From Dudresnaya verticillata (taxonomy: Eukaryota), in contig OZ374557.1 of assembly GCA_977862235.1 (NCBI GenBank), positions 3,596,001 to 3,660,000 on the forward strand: a DNA stretch of 64,000 nucleotides, written 5' to 3'. Numbering within the stretch: position 1 is the stretch's first letter; each line of letters starts with the position of its first letter. The notes under the pieces were generated by a model. The model had not been told where the DNA came from and made no database searches. It saw nothing but the letters and a program-made list of their open reading frames with translations. A program made the position numbers and the translations under genes. This document shows, in pieces, positions 50,930 through 63,600 of this stretch.

Positions 50930-53398
50930 AACTGCCTGAGAGGACAATCCCTCACAGTGTGATCAGTCAGGCGACACAAGGAACAACTGTACACGCGCTT
51001 CTTCTTCGCAGCGGGGCCTCTCTCGGACCAGTTCTTCTTACGTTTTCCAGCGTTCTTCACAGGGAGGCCACGGGGGGAGGCAGAGCTTTCGGAATTTGAA
51101 GATTGTCCTTCTTCGCCACAAGGATCTTAGCATTAGAGATGACTTCATCCACAGAGACCTGAGTTGGAAGCTTGAAATCCTCGTTTTCGTACTGCTTCAT
51201 CCAAGCTTCTGTTAGATGCCTCCTGTCTATAAACCGACGGAGATTGGCCACTCCATGCTTCTCAACCAACACAGCAACGCCATGCCAACACAGGAAACCA
51301 CTTCCATTCGTAGAATACGCACGGCATAAAGGCGGCGTTTGACGGTTGTTACTCAGCGCTACGCGATGTTCGAAGCTACCATTCTTCTGACTAGCAACTG
51401 TTGCTTCCATTTACAAGGTTCCATCTATATATCGAACCGACGGCTGATAGCTGCGGGCGAGCTGAACCATTCTTACTAAGTGCTTTTCTATTGCGGGTGG
51501 GACGAGAGAAGAGCATGATAACGCGAGCTGCTGTATGCGCAGAAACGTTGTCCGTTGCAATAGAACAAGTCGTGTCACCATTTTCTGCGGCTCCACAAAA
51601 CGGATGTTGTTCCGGAGATCTGCCGACATCTGGCTTTCAGCCCCTTGGGATGTGGTGATCAGGTCGCGTAGATTTGAATACGCCCTGTACAACTCGGCAT
51701 CCGGAAAACGACCAAGATACGATTTCTGCTTCTCTAAAAACTCCCGCTTCAACACATTGACCTCCTTGCGAGATGGAGCGTGGACTGCGTGCTCGTATAA
51801 ACGTATTCCGGTGGCTTTGTTGGACCCGAGTTGCGCGGACATGTTTTATTAATATGCAATGGATCTAGAAACAGAGCTGCGTTCGTCATAGTGTCTCTGT
51901 ACGCTGCATCGATTGACTTCTCTTGATCTACGATTGTCACCCTCTGCTCCACATCAAATCCATGAATGTCGGTACATGCCTTGGATACACTTCCCCACGA
52001 CTCTTTGTTGTCTGGCCCAGCGAAGTGGGCGAAGGCAATGGGGCAAAGCTAGTTAATACCGTCGTACCCAACGACTTGAAACGTCGTGCCGTAAGACTGC
52101 ATTCCAACTCCTTCACAATGTGCAGCATCCGCAGCTGCAGTCATCCGGCCGTACTTGCAGTAACCTTCCGCGATAGAGGGACCGAACAGCAATCCTCCGA
52201 AATATCTTCCATTCTCCTGAATATCGCTAACGTCGACAGCTCCCGTGTCGAACATCGCATCCTTCGATATTTGTTTTCCCCGTTTGCACTGCTCAACGAT
52301 GTGATGCGCAGCCTTTACTCTTTGCTGATTCATCCCCCCGTTTCAAATAAACATTTCGAAGTGATGCCCAGCACTGCGCAGCAATTCCGTGTAACCTTCT
52401 AATGCAGCCATATCGACAGCCCTCGAGATAGAAAAATGGCGATGAAGCTCTTGTCTAATACTTCTGTAGTGGCTGTACGGAAGTTGGCGAAAATAAATGT
52501 GTTTGGCTCTAACAAAAGAAACGATCATCTTGCACGGCACGTTCAGCTCACCATGCATATCCTCTAAAATTGCTCTCGAAACTTGTTGAGGGGTGTACGC
52601 CGGAGCACAGGACGAGGTTTTCAACGTAATCTTCATGGGACTGTCAGCCACGTGCTGTCCAAAGCACTCATTGAGGTGGCCCTGGGACTTGTTCAGTTTC
52701 CAAAGCCCCGTTTTCGGCTGCGAGTCGAAAACAAATGTAGCAGGACACCATTCTGTGCGACAATTCACACGGACCTTAGTAGTGTTCTGCTGAATTTTCA
52801 CACCGCTCTGCACGCCTAGGTTCGCGGTATGAGCTCTGATGAGCTGTTCACATCTCCATCGCGCATTTAGCGCCATTCCCACTTTTGCCTGAACTTCGAC
52901 AGTGGATCGGGGCTTCCAGGTCATCGATTCCAACCGTTCCTCTCTAATAGTATCCTTCTCCCGAAGTATTGTTCGGCGCTTCGAATGCCGCTTCTGTACG
53001 GCTCTACGGAGCTTTCTGTCTGCCCCCTCTGGAATAGATTCATCAACATCACCCTCCTCCATTTCTGGATCCCCAACATCGATGGCAATGTATGCCAAAG
53101 GGTCGGAGTCACAATCTGCGTTGTCCTCCTCCTCCTCAGATTCCTCCGAAGAGTCGCCTCTCCTTTCATCAACCTCAATTTCGCCCTCCTCGTCGTCAAA
53201 TACAACCACATCTTCGTCATCTAGGTCATCAGAGGGCACAGTAGGTCTTGCAGGAGGCTCTCCAGCCCCCGCTGACTCAACCTCAGGCAGGTCCTGGTCC
53301 AATCTGGACTCGGCTGGAGGGCAAAAGCTTGCCAACAACTCAGAAACTCCCTCCCTCCCCACCCTCTCCCTCTCCGTCCGCGCGGCTTCAACTCTCAA
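50930..53398 (-). pseudogene. MULE transposase with SWIM and CCHC zinc fingers
   Basis: C....CP..H..C N-terminal region, AADAAH, IVDQEKSI, LDPLHINK, SWIM-like GFLCWHGVAV, terminal CSLCRLTDHTVRDC; several frameshifts. Confidence 0.85.
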
Positions 53399-53857
53399 GA
53401 CTCTCCCTCTCTACGCGTTCCCGATCAATCTCTGCAGCTCTTTCACGCTCTTGTCTGTATCTTTCCGCTTGAACAGCCCTCTCCCTCTCTTATGTTTCTC
53501 TCTGTACCTGAGCTGCCGCCTCCCTTCCTCACTCAGCGTTTTCCCTCCGCAACCTCTGAGCCCTTTCTCGCTCCACATTCTCCCTCCGTAGCATTTCGGC
53601 CTTCTCCCTCTGAATCCTTTCGTCATCATTATTGCGCTTTCGTTGTGCGTCATCCTGCCGTGTTCTGCCTGTTGCTCCATTTCTGAATGCTCCTGTGCCC
53701 TCCGCAGCTCTGCTTCTTCCAATCGTTCTTGTTCCTCCTGCTCCAGTTCGTTGAGAGCCTTTTCTTGTTCTGAGGATACCCGGCTAAAGACTACAAACGC
53801 GGGGAGCAACAAAGCCTCTTGGGTATCATCAGTGCTCTGTTGATATGCTCTTGTCAC

Positions 53858-54232
53858 TTACAAGTTCCGTAGCTCGTCTTTAGCCTGCTGCATAGCCCTT
53901 TCAAGTACCTTCATGCCCCGATCTGCGCATCTGGGTTGAACTGCGCGCACTTTGTCCGGGTGCACAAGAATGTCGAGGCGTCGAAAGTTCTTTTTCATGG
54001 CACGTAGGGTTGCCGCGCTAGGAGATACGCAAAACACTTCGAAAAGAGGGGTAATGCCGTCCTCCACAGTAGCCAGGTGCCGAATGCCCTGTGAAGTCGT
54101 TTGAGGGAGGACACGCATTTTGAAATGTGCAAGAAGGCCCCGGGGCCTAACTGATATCGATGAGGGCACAGGGGGTGACCAGGGATGACTGGGGGTTAAA
54201 CTGTTGTTTTGCAGAGAAGACGAAGTTTGCAC
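53858..54232 (-). CDS. J-domain (DnaJ-like) ORF inside the MULE
   Basis: FEVFCVSP..AMKKNFRRLDILVHPDKV..MKVLERA follows the J-domain helix pattern with an HPD motif. Confidence 0.75.
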   Translation of the reverse strand: MQTSSSLQNNSLTPSHPWSPPVPSSISVRPRGLLAHFKMRVLPQTTSQGIRHLATVEDGITPLFEVFCVSPSAATLRAMKKNFRRLDILVHPDKVRAVQPRCADRGMKVLERAMQQAKDELRNL

Positions 54233-56241
54233 TGCAAGGGGGTGACAAGATGCATATGGTTTGCAGCATCACCGTCCCGGAAGTCTGAATAATCTCACTT
54301 GGGTGTCCTCGAAATCTCCCTGTGTGAGTCAAAAGCCTCGGGATACTTGGCGACATTGACTGTTGCATGGGTGACATTCTTCACATTTGTTGTTCTAGTG
54401 AGGTGAAAGTGACCATGCCTGAGGCGAATTTCCGCTCGTTGTAGCAGTGGAAGGGTGATATTTCACGTTTCGCCCCCCGAACCGGTCCGTTTCGGCCCAG
54501 ATCACCCTCGGTTTGGACACATTTGCACGAGTCGGACTGCGTGTGCAGCAAAAAGTCGGGTTTGACGTCCTGTTTACCACAAACCCGGACCACGTCGCCC
54601 CCCTAATCGCAAAATAGCCCTTTTATTTTTGATACGAGCGTGGATAGAGTGCGCTTGTCTGTCGTTACGTAGCCGTGCACTCTGCGCGCCTTCTCTGGAA
54701 CATCCGACTGTCGTTTGATTGTTTCATATGATTGCCTAGAGAGTGTTGAGCACTCTGCTCGCAGCGCCGTACTGTCCCACGTCACCCATGCCCGCACCCT
54801 CACCGGCGCCCGTAGAGCTCAAGCAGTCACCGCCGTTCCTCCTCTCCCACACACACCACCTGTTTCTGCTCTTCCCGCACCCCACCCCTGGGGCTTGTCC
54901 TCTGCCCGCTGGGATAACCACCGATTGTTCAAAAGTTCAAGAGAGTCCTGCTGACCATTGTTCAGGCCTGGTATGCTGGTGAATATTGTCAGCAATCTGC
55001 ATCGCGCCATGGTCGGTTAGGATTCCTCCTCGCCAACCATGGTAAGACGGACGAGACGACGTTGTACACCAACGAGTAGCAACGACGCACTAACAGCAAT
55101 CGTGGCCCCCCACGCGATCCGGCCATCACCGCATAGCTTGGATACGCGCCAGCGCGTCGGCCCTAACGTTGGACACGACGATCGGATTAATGACTTATGT
55201 TGCCCGCGAACAAGTATCGATACACGGATGAACCACGTCCGCTGTTAGCAAAACGCGGAACTTCCGCGAGAACGGGCACTAACATGGACCCAGTAAGATC
55301 GTTCCCCCTCGAGGTCAAGTGGTGAGACAAGCGTTGTCTGTCTTCACGCTGACCATCAGCGGGAATCTTCACGCGGGCAGACCGCTTCAATTACGACCAC
55401 GAAGACGGATGTTAACGCTAGTGACAGCGAGCTGCTTTACGCGGATAACCGCTTCATGCAATACGTAACGTTCAGGCAACATGAACGAACAACGGCGTTG
55501 CAATACGGACATAATACAGTGGATCACCACGACGTCCACCATCGCCACACATTTGGAGCTTCATAAGCTTCACCTAGGTGCAATAGCACGTCTCGTCTGG
55601 TGGCAAATCTGGAAGGATGACCTCGCAGCGTTGTTAACCAACAAGTACCGAGGCGCGGACGTCCCGCTGAACGACTGTCAGTGTCCGACGCGAAATGGTC
55701 GTGGGTCTCGTTCACGGGTTTTGCCCTCGAGCGCCTGACTTGCAATCGAGCATACTCATGTTGAATGTCCACAAGGATACCCATGCGGGCAAACCGCTTC
55801 GGACTACGACTATGCCGGTGATAGTGTGAAGCCAGAATCAAGGACAGTGGCTTTAGCGCGATGCCGTATAATGGATATCCTTCGCGCGGATTAATCGCCT
55901 CCGCGACACTACTAGATCAACGTGAGAATGCTTAACCAGGAAGCTACTTCCTTTTTTGTTGAAAAGAAACGAGTATTCACCCGCGGCTGGACCGCTTGGA
56001 TTCTACCTAACGCTGTAACACGTCGAGCCTAACTTCGAACACGGAAGTTAAACTACCAACGTTGTTAATCAACGAGTACAGCGGCACCTCGAGCGGCACC
56101 GGCAATGCTAACCAATGAAGCGAGATCGTCATTTATGCAAGTTGGTTTTATTTCACGTTGACCAAGCAACGAACATTTTCACGCGGATCGACCGCTTCGA
56201 TTCCTACTACATGTCAGTGCAGTGGATGCCGGTGGATGGGG

Positions 56242-58321
56242 CTAATCCGTGCGCTTCATCCAAGCGAACATAGGGTCAGCGGTGATATCACCCTCGGCCC
56301 CGTCCTCATTATCGGCCGCCGTGTCGCCTCCTGCGGGAGCAGTCACACCACTGGGAGTAGACTCCACCAGCGCCGCTTCATCCGGAGGATCCCCCGCTTC
56401 AACGTTCACTGTGTCTCGCTGTTCGTCAGCGTTGGCCCCACGTGACGCAGCGTTGTCGCCGGCAAGTGAACCAGCCGCTAGGAGTACCTGGAGGCGCTCG
56501 CGCAGCTCGCGATCGGATAGATTTAACCCGAGGTCCACCTCCGCACGCCGTAAGAAATCGGGCATGACAATGCCCGTCGTGGAAGGTGCGGGGGCGACGG
56601 ACGGTCGATTTTGGCGCGTGCGAAGAGCTGACGACGGCGCAACACTGGGAGTGTTTGGCAAACTCGGAGTCACCTCCCTATTCGGAAGCACCCGGGATCG
56701 AGTCCCCCTTCCTGGGATGGAAGGCGACGTATTAACACGTAGCTCCCGCTGCGCCTGGGAAAGCGGCCCATCCAAATCTGCGTAAGAAGCAGGCGGCTCT
56801 GCGATGTCGTCCATGTCGTGGGCGCCCACGTTCTCATCAATCAGGTCTCCGCTTTCGTCTTCCGCGACGCCCTTTCAAGGGCATCGTAGAGGTACCCGCA
56901 AGGATATCCCGCCGGCATCTGCGTTGGATTGTAGCGATGATACCGCGCCTCTTCCTCGCCGAACAACTGACGCCGCCAAGGGTCGTACCACTCGAAGTCC
57001 CCGCAATGGGAGTGACGACGACCAGGCGAGAAATTCCTCCGCAGCCGACTGCGTTTGTGATTCGCAAGCGGGACAACCGTGGGGTCGTTCCAATTAATGG
57101 CATCATGAAACCGCAGCAGCCTTCGAAGTTCATCATCATTGGCTTGACCACCAAGGACCGTCCGCAGATCCAGCTGCACAATGAGCGACGTCATCGTCGG
57201 GGGTAGAAACCAAAGGCGCAAGGTGTCGTATGTTTCCCAGAGCCAGTGCATGGCTTTTTTTGCGACGAACTCGGTGAAAGCCACCGTCCAGAGCCCAGTG
57301 TTGGGATCGCGAAGAAACTCGCTCATACAGTGACCAAATACGTTGGGTAACGCAACGAGGAATCCCTCACACGACTCTACCAGGGTCCAAGTGTAGGGGA
57401 TACTCACGTAGTAGCATCTACGGTAAGTCATCCGAAGGAGATCCGCTTCGACATGTGGATACGGGACGAAAACGCCCAACCGTGAGCGTTCGCGACGTTC
57501 GAAGCGGATCTTCTGACAGAAGGAGCTGTCGCGTTTACGCAGATAACGGAACTCGTTCCGAAGCTGGATGTACAGCAGAAGCGCTGATTGCTCCACTCGC
57601 GGTTCTCGTCCGCGCCAAGATTGCGGCAAGTCCAAGTCCGCGAGATACCAACGTAGTCGACTTCGACATTTGTGCGGAAAACCGCGTCGTCAACGCCGTG
57701 ATTCGGCGGGATGAGGACGCGGCCGACAGTCCGCGTGTGACGACGGTACAGCAGCCGCACCCACTCGCGGAAGACCACATCGAGCTGCTGGTTCCTGTAA
57801 TTAAGATGATGAACGGGGATTGCCGCGTGAAGCCGCCAATCCTCGGTATCCAAGACGGCAGCGGGCATTTCCCCTGGGAATTACCCGTTGAGGACGTACC
57901 GGTCGATGATGTCCGCCCTACGATAATCGCGTGGATGAAACCACGGGGCCCTGGCGAACAGGTCGAGGTCGTCATTCGGCATCATGCCGACGAACTCCGC
58001 CGGTCTTGGATATTCGATAACCGGCGGGGCCGGTGTTGTAACGACGGGGGTGAACCCCGATGGCGGTGTCGATACAGCCGCCGACATAGGCGTGGGTAGG
58101 TACAACTCGGAACTCTCCGTCTGATTCATCGGTAACGGCACCGCCGATAATGTCGCCAACCGGCGCCTCGGCACAGCGGGAAGCACCGCGACTGGCAACG
58201 CGGCTGACGACTGGCTCCGACCTTCAGCGGGTGTCGCCACCCTCGCCACGTTGGGTTGGATTTCGGAGAAGTCCTCCTCTTCGACGGTGGCGCGCTGCGC
58301 CGGTGACGACGGTTGGCTCAT
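56242..58321 (-). pseudogene. Antisense ORF of element C, homolog of 13479-15725
   Basis: ORFs 57881-58321, 57428-57868, 56841-57635 and 56242-56829; collinear motifs shared with the element A ORF. Confidence 0.82.
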
Positions 58322-58687
58322 GATGGCACGCTGAGCGGGATTCCACGAAGAAGTAGAGGACGTAACATGAACGGGGGCAGGCCTCGGTGAGACTCGGAAG
58401 AGACGCCAATCGGCAGTTGCAGAACGGCACGCGGGTGCGCTGGGAGCCGCAACAACAGCTCAACGATGCGGCGCGCGCAGGGGTCAACCCTGAAGAGGGG
58501 ACACACACAGAGCACAATACGTGTCCCGTTTGGAAAGCGGAGAGCCGCGGTCAGTCAACAGACGAGTCGTCAAGACGGCGACGGGGTTTTTGCTGCGCGA
58601 TACAATCGGAGGAGAATCCGCAGAAAGAGGGATGACACTAGAGGATGAGGGCCAGCACCGCGGGTTGCGCTCTTCGGAAGGGGGCGA

Positions 58688-59525
58688 TGTGGTGTAAGGG
58701 CCCGGGGGAAAGCCCCGTTTTATATCGCTACACCCGCTCGCGCGGTCAGCGGACGACGGTACATGCGGATCACCCGCGACTATAGCATACGACGATAACT
58801 GGCAGCTTGGATGGGCCTGTGCGCGGATGCCGCGCGTGCGAGATCCGGCTAATGGACAACGCGCCCTTGGCACGGTGCGCGCTCGCCCATACAGCACGCG
58901 CCAACAGCACACACGGGCGACACGTCTCCACGTGTACACGCGCAACACGCGCGCCGAATAGATCCGAGGGAATCCTCTCTCGGGTGCGCACCAGCAATGC
59001 GCACCCTTAGTTGACACTGGTTTACAGTGCGATAGTAGTATTTCTACGCTAGATATTTTTGCGCGATATTTTAGTGAATTCGTGGTGCGCGCTTATGCCA
59101 AGTGTCAGGCGCACGGCGCCAGACACGCGCGCGTACCTCCCCCGGGGATACTTAGTATACGGGGAACCCCTCTCACAGTAAAGCGCCAAGCAGGCTTAGG
59201 GACTCGAGGATACCACCACCTTCGCCTTCGGTGGCAGCACCGCGCGCGAACCGGGCCTACGTACCCCGTTCCAACGCCTGTCTTCAACGGCACTTACCGG
59301 CGTAATCGCCTTCGTTACTTTACGTGCATTACGGCAGTACTGGCGGTTCGGGGGTTTTACAGTCGACCCCGAGCTCGCCGTCAACCATTCGGGGCACACC
59401 CGTGTCCTGTTTGCTCTACCACGACTCCGGCGCCCGCCTCACCGCGTGGCGCGCCTGCTACCTACCCGCGGGAGAACGCGTCGAACACGGTTGGGGCAAC
59501 CCCCATTTTTGGGTGTTGCACCACA
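58688..59525 (+). repeat. Putative 3' LTR of element C (838 bp)
   Basis: TGTGGTGTAA..TTGCACCACA (9/10 inverted ends) directly after the PPT. Confidence 0.78.
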
Positions 59526-59838
59526 TCGCCTTGCGACTTGAGGTAGGTGGTCTCACCATGACGCGCGTGCGTCTTGGATGAGCCCTTCGGAAGCAACTTG
59601 AGCAGGCCGACCAATCGGAGAGGTCAGCGAGGCAGGTAGGAAAAGCGGGTGGTCCCGAGTGGACGGAGAACGCTCCAATCGGGTGGGATTCTAGGTCGGG
59701 AGACCAGAAAGGTGTAGTGCAACCCTCCGAATGAGGGTTGCAACCAACACAACCCACGATTACGACGTGGAAGGGTAGCCGCGGTGATGTGTGTGTGCGC
59801 GTCCACGCGTGCTGGGTAGAGCAAGGGGAAGGTCCCAG

Positions 59839-60715
59839 TGTATGGACTGTAAACACATGTGTTTACACACCAAAGCCCGTGTGAACACGTGTGAGCCGGA
59901 AGACGAGGGCGCCGGAACAACAGAAGCGTGTGAAAACGAAGAGAGAAGGGTGTCAGCACCACAGGCGTACGTCGCCCAGCTCCGCGATGGCTTCACTGGC
60001 CAAGCGCACGGAGGTAGGGGGTACCCTAAGTGTGGAGCCGAAGCTTGGTTGGGTTTACTGCAGGAGGTCGGTCCTAGCCCCATAAGTCCCACCGCCGGCG
60101 GCGGTGACTAGGGCTGCTGTACACTAGCAAATAAACTAACACTAGAGTACAATAAACTAAAACTACAGTAGCACAGTGTAACTACTGTACACCGACACCA
60201 GAGAGCTGTAAGACTTGTAATGACGCACGCGTGTGAACGTGTCACGCATGTTGCGCGTTTCGTGCGCGCTTTTGTGGCGGTGGCTGCAAGGCGGCGAGTG
60301 TGGCCCTGTAAAGGCGATGACGAGGGAAAGCCCCAGGTGCGGGGATGGCCCCCTATGGTAGTTGACCACTGGCCAGTGGGTGATCCCAACTTGGCGGTGC
60401 GCGTCGCGGACGAGGACGAGGTCACGCACAAAAAGGGATACCAACCCGCACTGCGGGGAGCCCGGGCGTTGCACCACAGCTGGCGCGCCTGTGTGGTGAA
60501 GCGAGCCGTGGCGCGCATGCGGCACGCCGACGGCGAGCCAGCCGTAACGGGTGATGTGGCAATACGCCACGCTGATGATCTGACAACGTGTAATCGTGTC
60601 GGATGTTTTGCGCATTGCTGTACGCTGTTATGCATTGCTGTACAGCAGTGTAGCGCACCAACCGTAGCGGAGTATTTGTATTATTTATTCTTTATTTTTG
60701 GTGAGTATCTGTACA
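59839..60715 (-). repeat. Possible partial LTR of another element
   Basis: On the minus strand ..CCATACA-C-TGGGACC resembles the element B LTR-PBS junction; composition is LTR-like; the other end was not found. Confidence 0.3.
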
Positions 60716-60716
60716 G

Positions 60717-61166
60717 TGTGTAGAGTAGCGCGCCAGCCAATGAGAATGCTGCGCATGTCCGTGTCGGAGATTGGGACCAGCAGGGGCGATTCCACCATAG
60801 GGCCAGACCACTAGGGTCTGGACCCCACGGACCGGACCACTCGGTGCCACCCTGACTTGTATATCAGGGCGGCACCGCAGCGGCTCCTAAGGTAAACGGG
60901 TAAGCAACCTTAGCCCAATCCTTTACGGTTTTCCCCGCGCCGAGCCCGTTGCGGTCTACCACCACCACCGTTACGGAGTCCGTCCCGGCACTTGTACCAC
61001 CCCCTTGTCTGTTGCTTCCCAATATCCGTCTCGGTTAGCCGCTCGCTGTTCTCCCGTTTCGGTGCGAACTGCTCTACCAACCCGTGGAGGTATTGTCGCT
61101 CTCGTCCGTTAAGGCAAGTCAGGCCAGCTGTCCGTCTCGGAGTTCGTGGGTTTTCACTACACCACA
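60717..61166 (+). repeat. Putative 5' LTR of element D (about 450 bp)
   Basis: TG(TG)TAG..CTACA(CCACA), followed by PBS-like TGGTATCCTGACCTAGAA at 61172-61189; ends uncertain by a few bases. Confidence 0.65.
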
Positions 61167-61314
61167 TCTTTTGGTATCCTGACCTAGAACACCGTCACGG
61201 TTGGAAGAAACAGCCGTCGAAATCCGCTACGGTAGGAATTCGGCTGCACCGACAACCCGTTACGGAATATTGGATAGACAAGCAAGAACAACCGTTGTGT
61301 TCCGTTAAGGTATC

Positions 61315-63600
61315 ATGCAGAACGAAGAACACGCAGACCCTCCCGTTACGGAACCTAAAGCGGGTGACACTACCCCCGCTGCGCGCAGTCTGCGCAGTGA
61401 AGGAGGTGAAATCCGTTCCGGAGTGGAGAACCCAGAAGACATCCTAAAGGGTGCTGCTGGTAAAGCTCCCCGTTCCCGTGTCGGATCAGAAGCCTCGAAG
61501 AAGGCAGCTCCGCAACCCAAGCCGGAATCGCATCGGGTCCACTGGGTCCTGTCGGAGGTCCTTCCTAGGGTGTTAGAGCATCTCCGATTGGAAGTACAAC
61601 CTGGAATGGTAAAAGAGGTGGAGATATCCCTCTCGGAAATTGTTCCGTCTTTGGTCAATTCCTATCTGGAGCAGCACCTTCCTCGGATAGTGCAAGCTTT
61701 GATCCTACAGGAAAAGGTGGCCGCCGAGCTCGAGAGCCAGATTGCTCCCGGCATGGCAAGGCCTCCCGCTACGGAAGCTTTCACTGATCAACCACTGTTA
61801 CGGAATGACTTCCCGGTCGAGGGAAGAACGCAGCAGCCGCAACAACCCCCCGTTATGGGATTGCAGCCGGACACAGTACCCTCTGGTCCACTGCGACCGG
61901 CTCCCGTAACGGATTCTCAACATCAACACGCCCCTACGGGACCAACACACACTCAGGCACCGTTACGGGGTTCTCCTGGACACGTAGATGTGCCTACGCC
62001 AGGGCGCTATCAGCAAGAGCGCTATACCGTTCCGGAATGATTAGGTGGAGGCAGCGACCATCTCAGCGACGCGTCCAGCTCACCCCATCCGAGCCGGAGG
62101 ACCAGTCGAGGTCGGCATAAACGAGATACCGGACACTCCTGCTCTGACCCGCCCCGTCGGTCGCACATGGGCGACCACACCCAGCGACAACACCACCAAT
62201 CCGGTATGGAATCCAATGAGAGCAGCTCAGAGGATAGCCAACACCGCCGCCGCAAGAGGAGAAACAGAACATCGCGGAAACACGAAAAAGGCATGACTCC
62301 TCTACCTCTACGGATTCAGACTCAGAGAGTTCTTCCGTTACGGATAGAGATAACAGGCACCGGGCCAGAAAACACGGTTCCAAATCCGGAAAGGTGAAGG
62401 TAATCCGGCCGCTACATGACAAGTTTGTCAAGGCGCTGGACTACCGCACCTACCGATTGGATAAGAGGGGTAAGACGCACGGCTCTAAGTTCTCACAGAA
62501 CATGAGCCGTATACGGAAGAAACTCGACGTCCAGATGTTGTCCCATACATTCAATGGGATGGACCCTATTACCGTCTTGGGATTTCTCGCCAAGTTCCGT
62601 GACGGTTGTAACATCAACGGCATCGCCGAAGGGGTTGCCGTCCGGTGCTTCCAGTTTTTCCTTAAAGGACAGGCCGAAGCCCTTCTACAGGCTAGGCTTG
62701 CTGGAGGTACCATGGTGGTTGACGTGGAGCAGGCTGAGATGCTCCGCACATATTCCGAGGTGGTGAACTTTTTATTGAGAACCTACGCTACGGATGAAGT
62801 GATTGCTGAAGCCTATAAGTATGTCAGCAACTTCAGGCAAACATCCGCCATGACGGAAGAGCAGTTCTCGAACCAGCTCTGGGCCAAGGCTCTCCGTTGC
62901 GGTACAGTATTTTCCGATCGGGCATTGAAGTCACTGGTCATTGAAGGACTCCTACCGGGCACTCGTCAACAGATGAGAAACTATCTGGCGACGCATTCCC
63001 AGCTGGATTATCAGGCCATCACTCGCTATGCGACTGGCCTGGGTCAGTCCCATCGGGCAGCTCGACGCCAAACCGTTCCGGCTCACGTCTTTGATGGGCG
63101 CCCTAAAGCACGCCCGTCTAAGGTGTTATCGCTGGCTTCCGTCTCGGATGTACACTATGATCCGCAAGCAGATCCTTCCGTTACGGATGCTCAAGTCTTA
63201 GCTATTGAGGGAGGCCACGGTGCCGCTACGGGAACGAGCACGGGGTTACCTTTTCAACCCCGTACTCTTCACCCCCGTAAAGCGTCCACCCTACGCCGCC
63301 CAGGATGCCACGCGCGCAAGGTCCCCCCTATGGTGGATCTCGCCCGGCTCCTGGCCTCCAACAGCAGCCGAGTCACCGTTACGGAAATAATGCCCACGAT
63401 GGGCGAGGACAGCAGCAACCAGCCCCTCCGCTACGGGATGAGTCGGATCCTCGGGTCCGACGCCTTTACGGAAGTTGCAATTGCCGCATCTGCCTTTCCG
63501 CCGAACATGTTGTTTGACCGTGGATAAACGACGCCGATCGGGTTAAGCTCATGTAACAGCGTGAGCGCAACTTCCAGAGGCACTACCCTGTAGGCCGCAG
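61315..63600 (+). pseudogene. gag: gag of Gypsy element D, decayed
   Basis: LDYRTYRL, FNGMDPITVLGFL and YATDEVIAEA parallel the element B gag; degenerate knuckle CRICLSAEH; stops and frameshifts. Confidence 0.85.

Larger units (their letters stand above)
50607..54620 (-). mobile_element. Mutator-like element (MULE) with diverged TIRs
   Basis: Ends share TTAGGGGGGCGACG.GGTC....TTTGTGG.AAAC in inverted orientation; flanks ATTTCTTTT / TTTTATTTT are a possible degenerate 9-bp TSD (7/9). Confidence 0.78.
55035..59525 (+). mobile_element. 3' remnant of an LTR retrotransposon (element C): spacer, antisense ORF, PPT, LTR
   Basis: Same layout as the 3' half of element A; PPT GGAAGGGGG at 58676-58684; no pol seen; left boundary approximate. 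Confidence 0.7.

Noticed and set aside
55030..55034. TCGCC as a TSD matching 59526-59530
   Set aside because: It is not followed by a TG-starting LTR; a 5-mer match is expected by chance.
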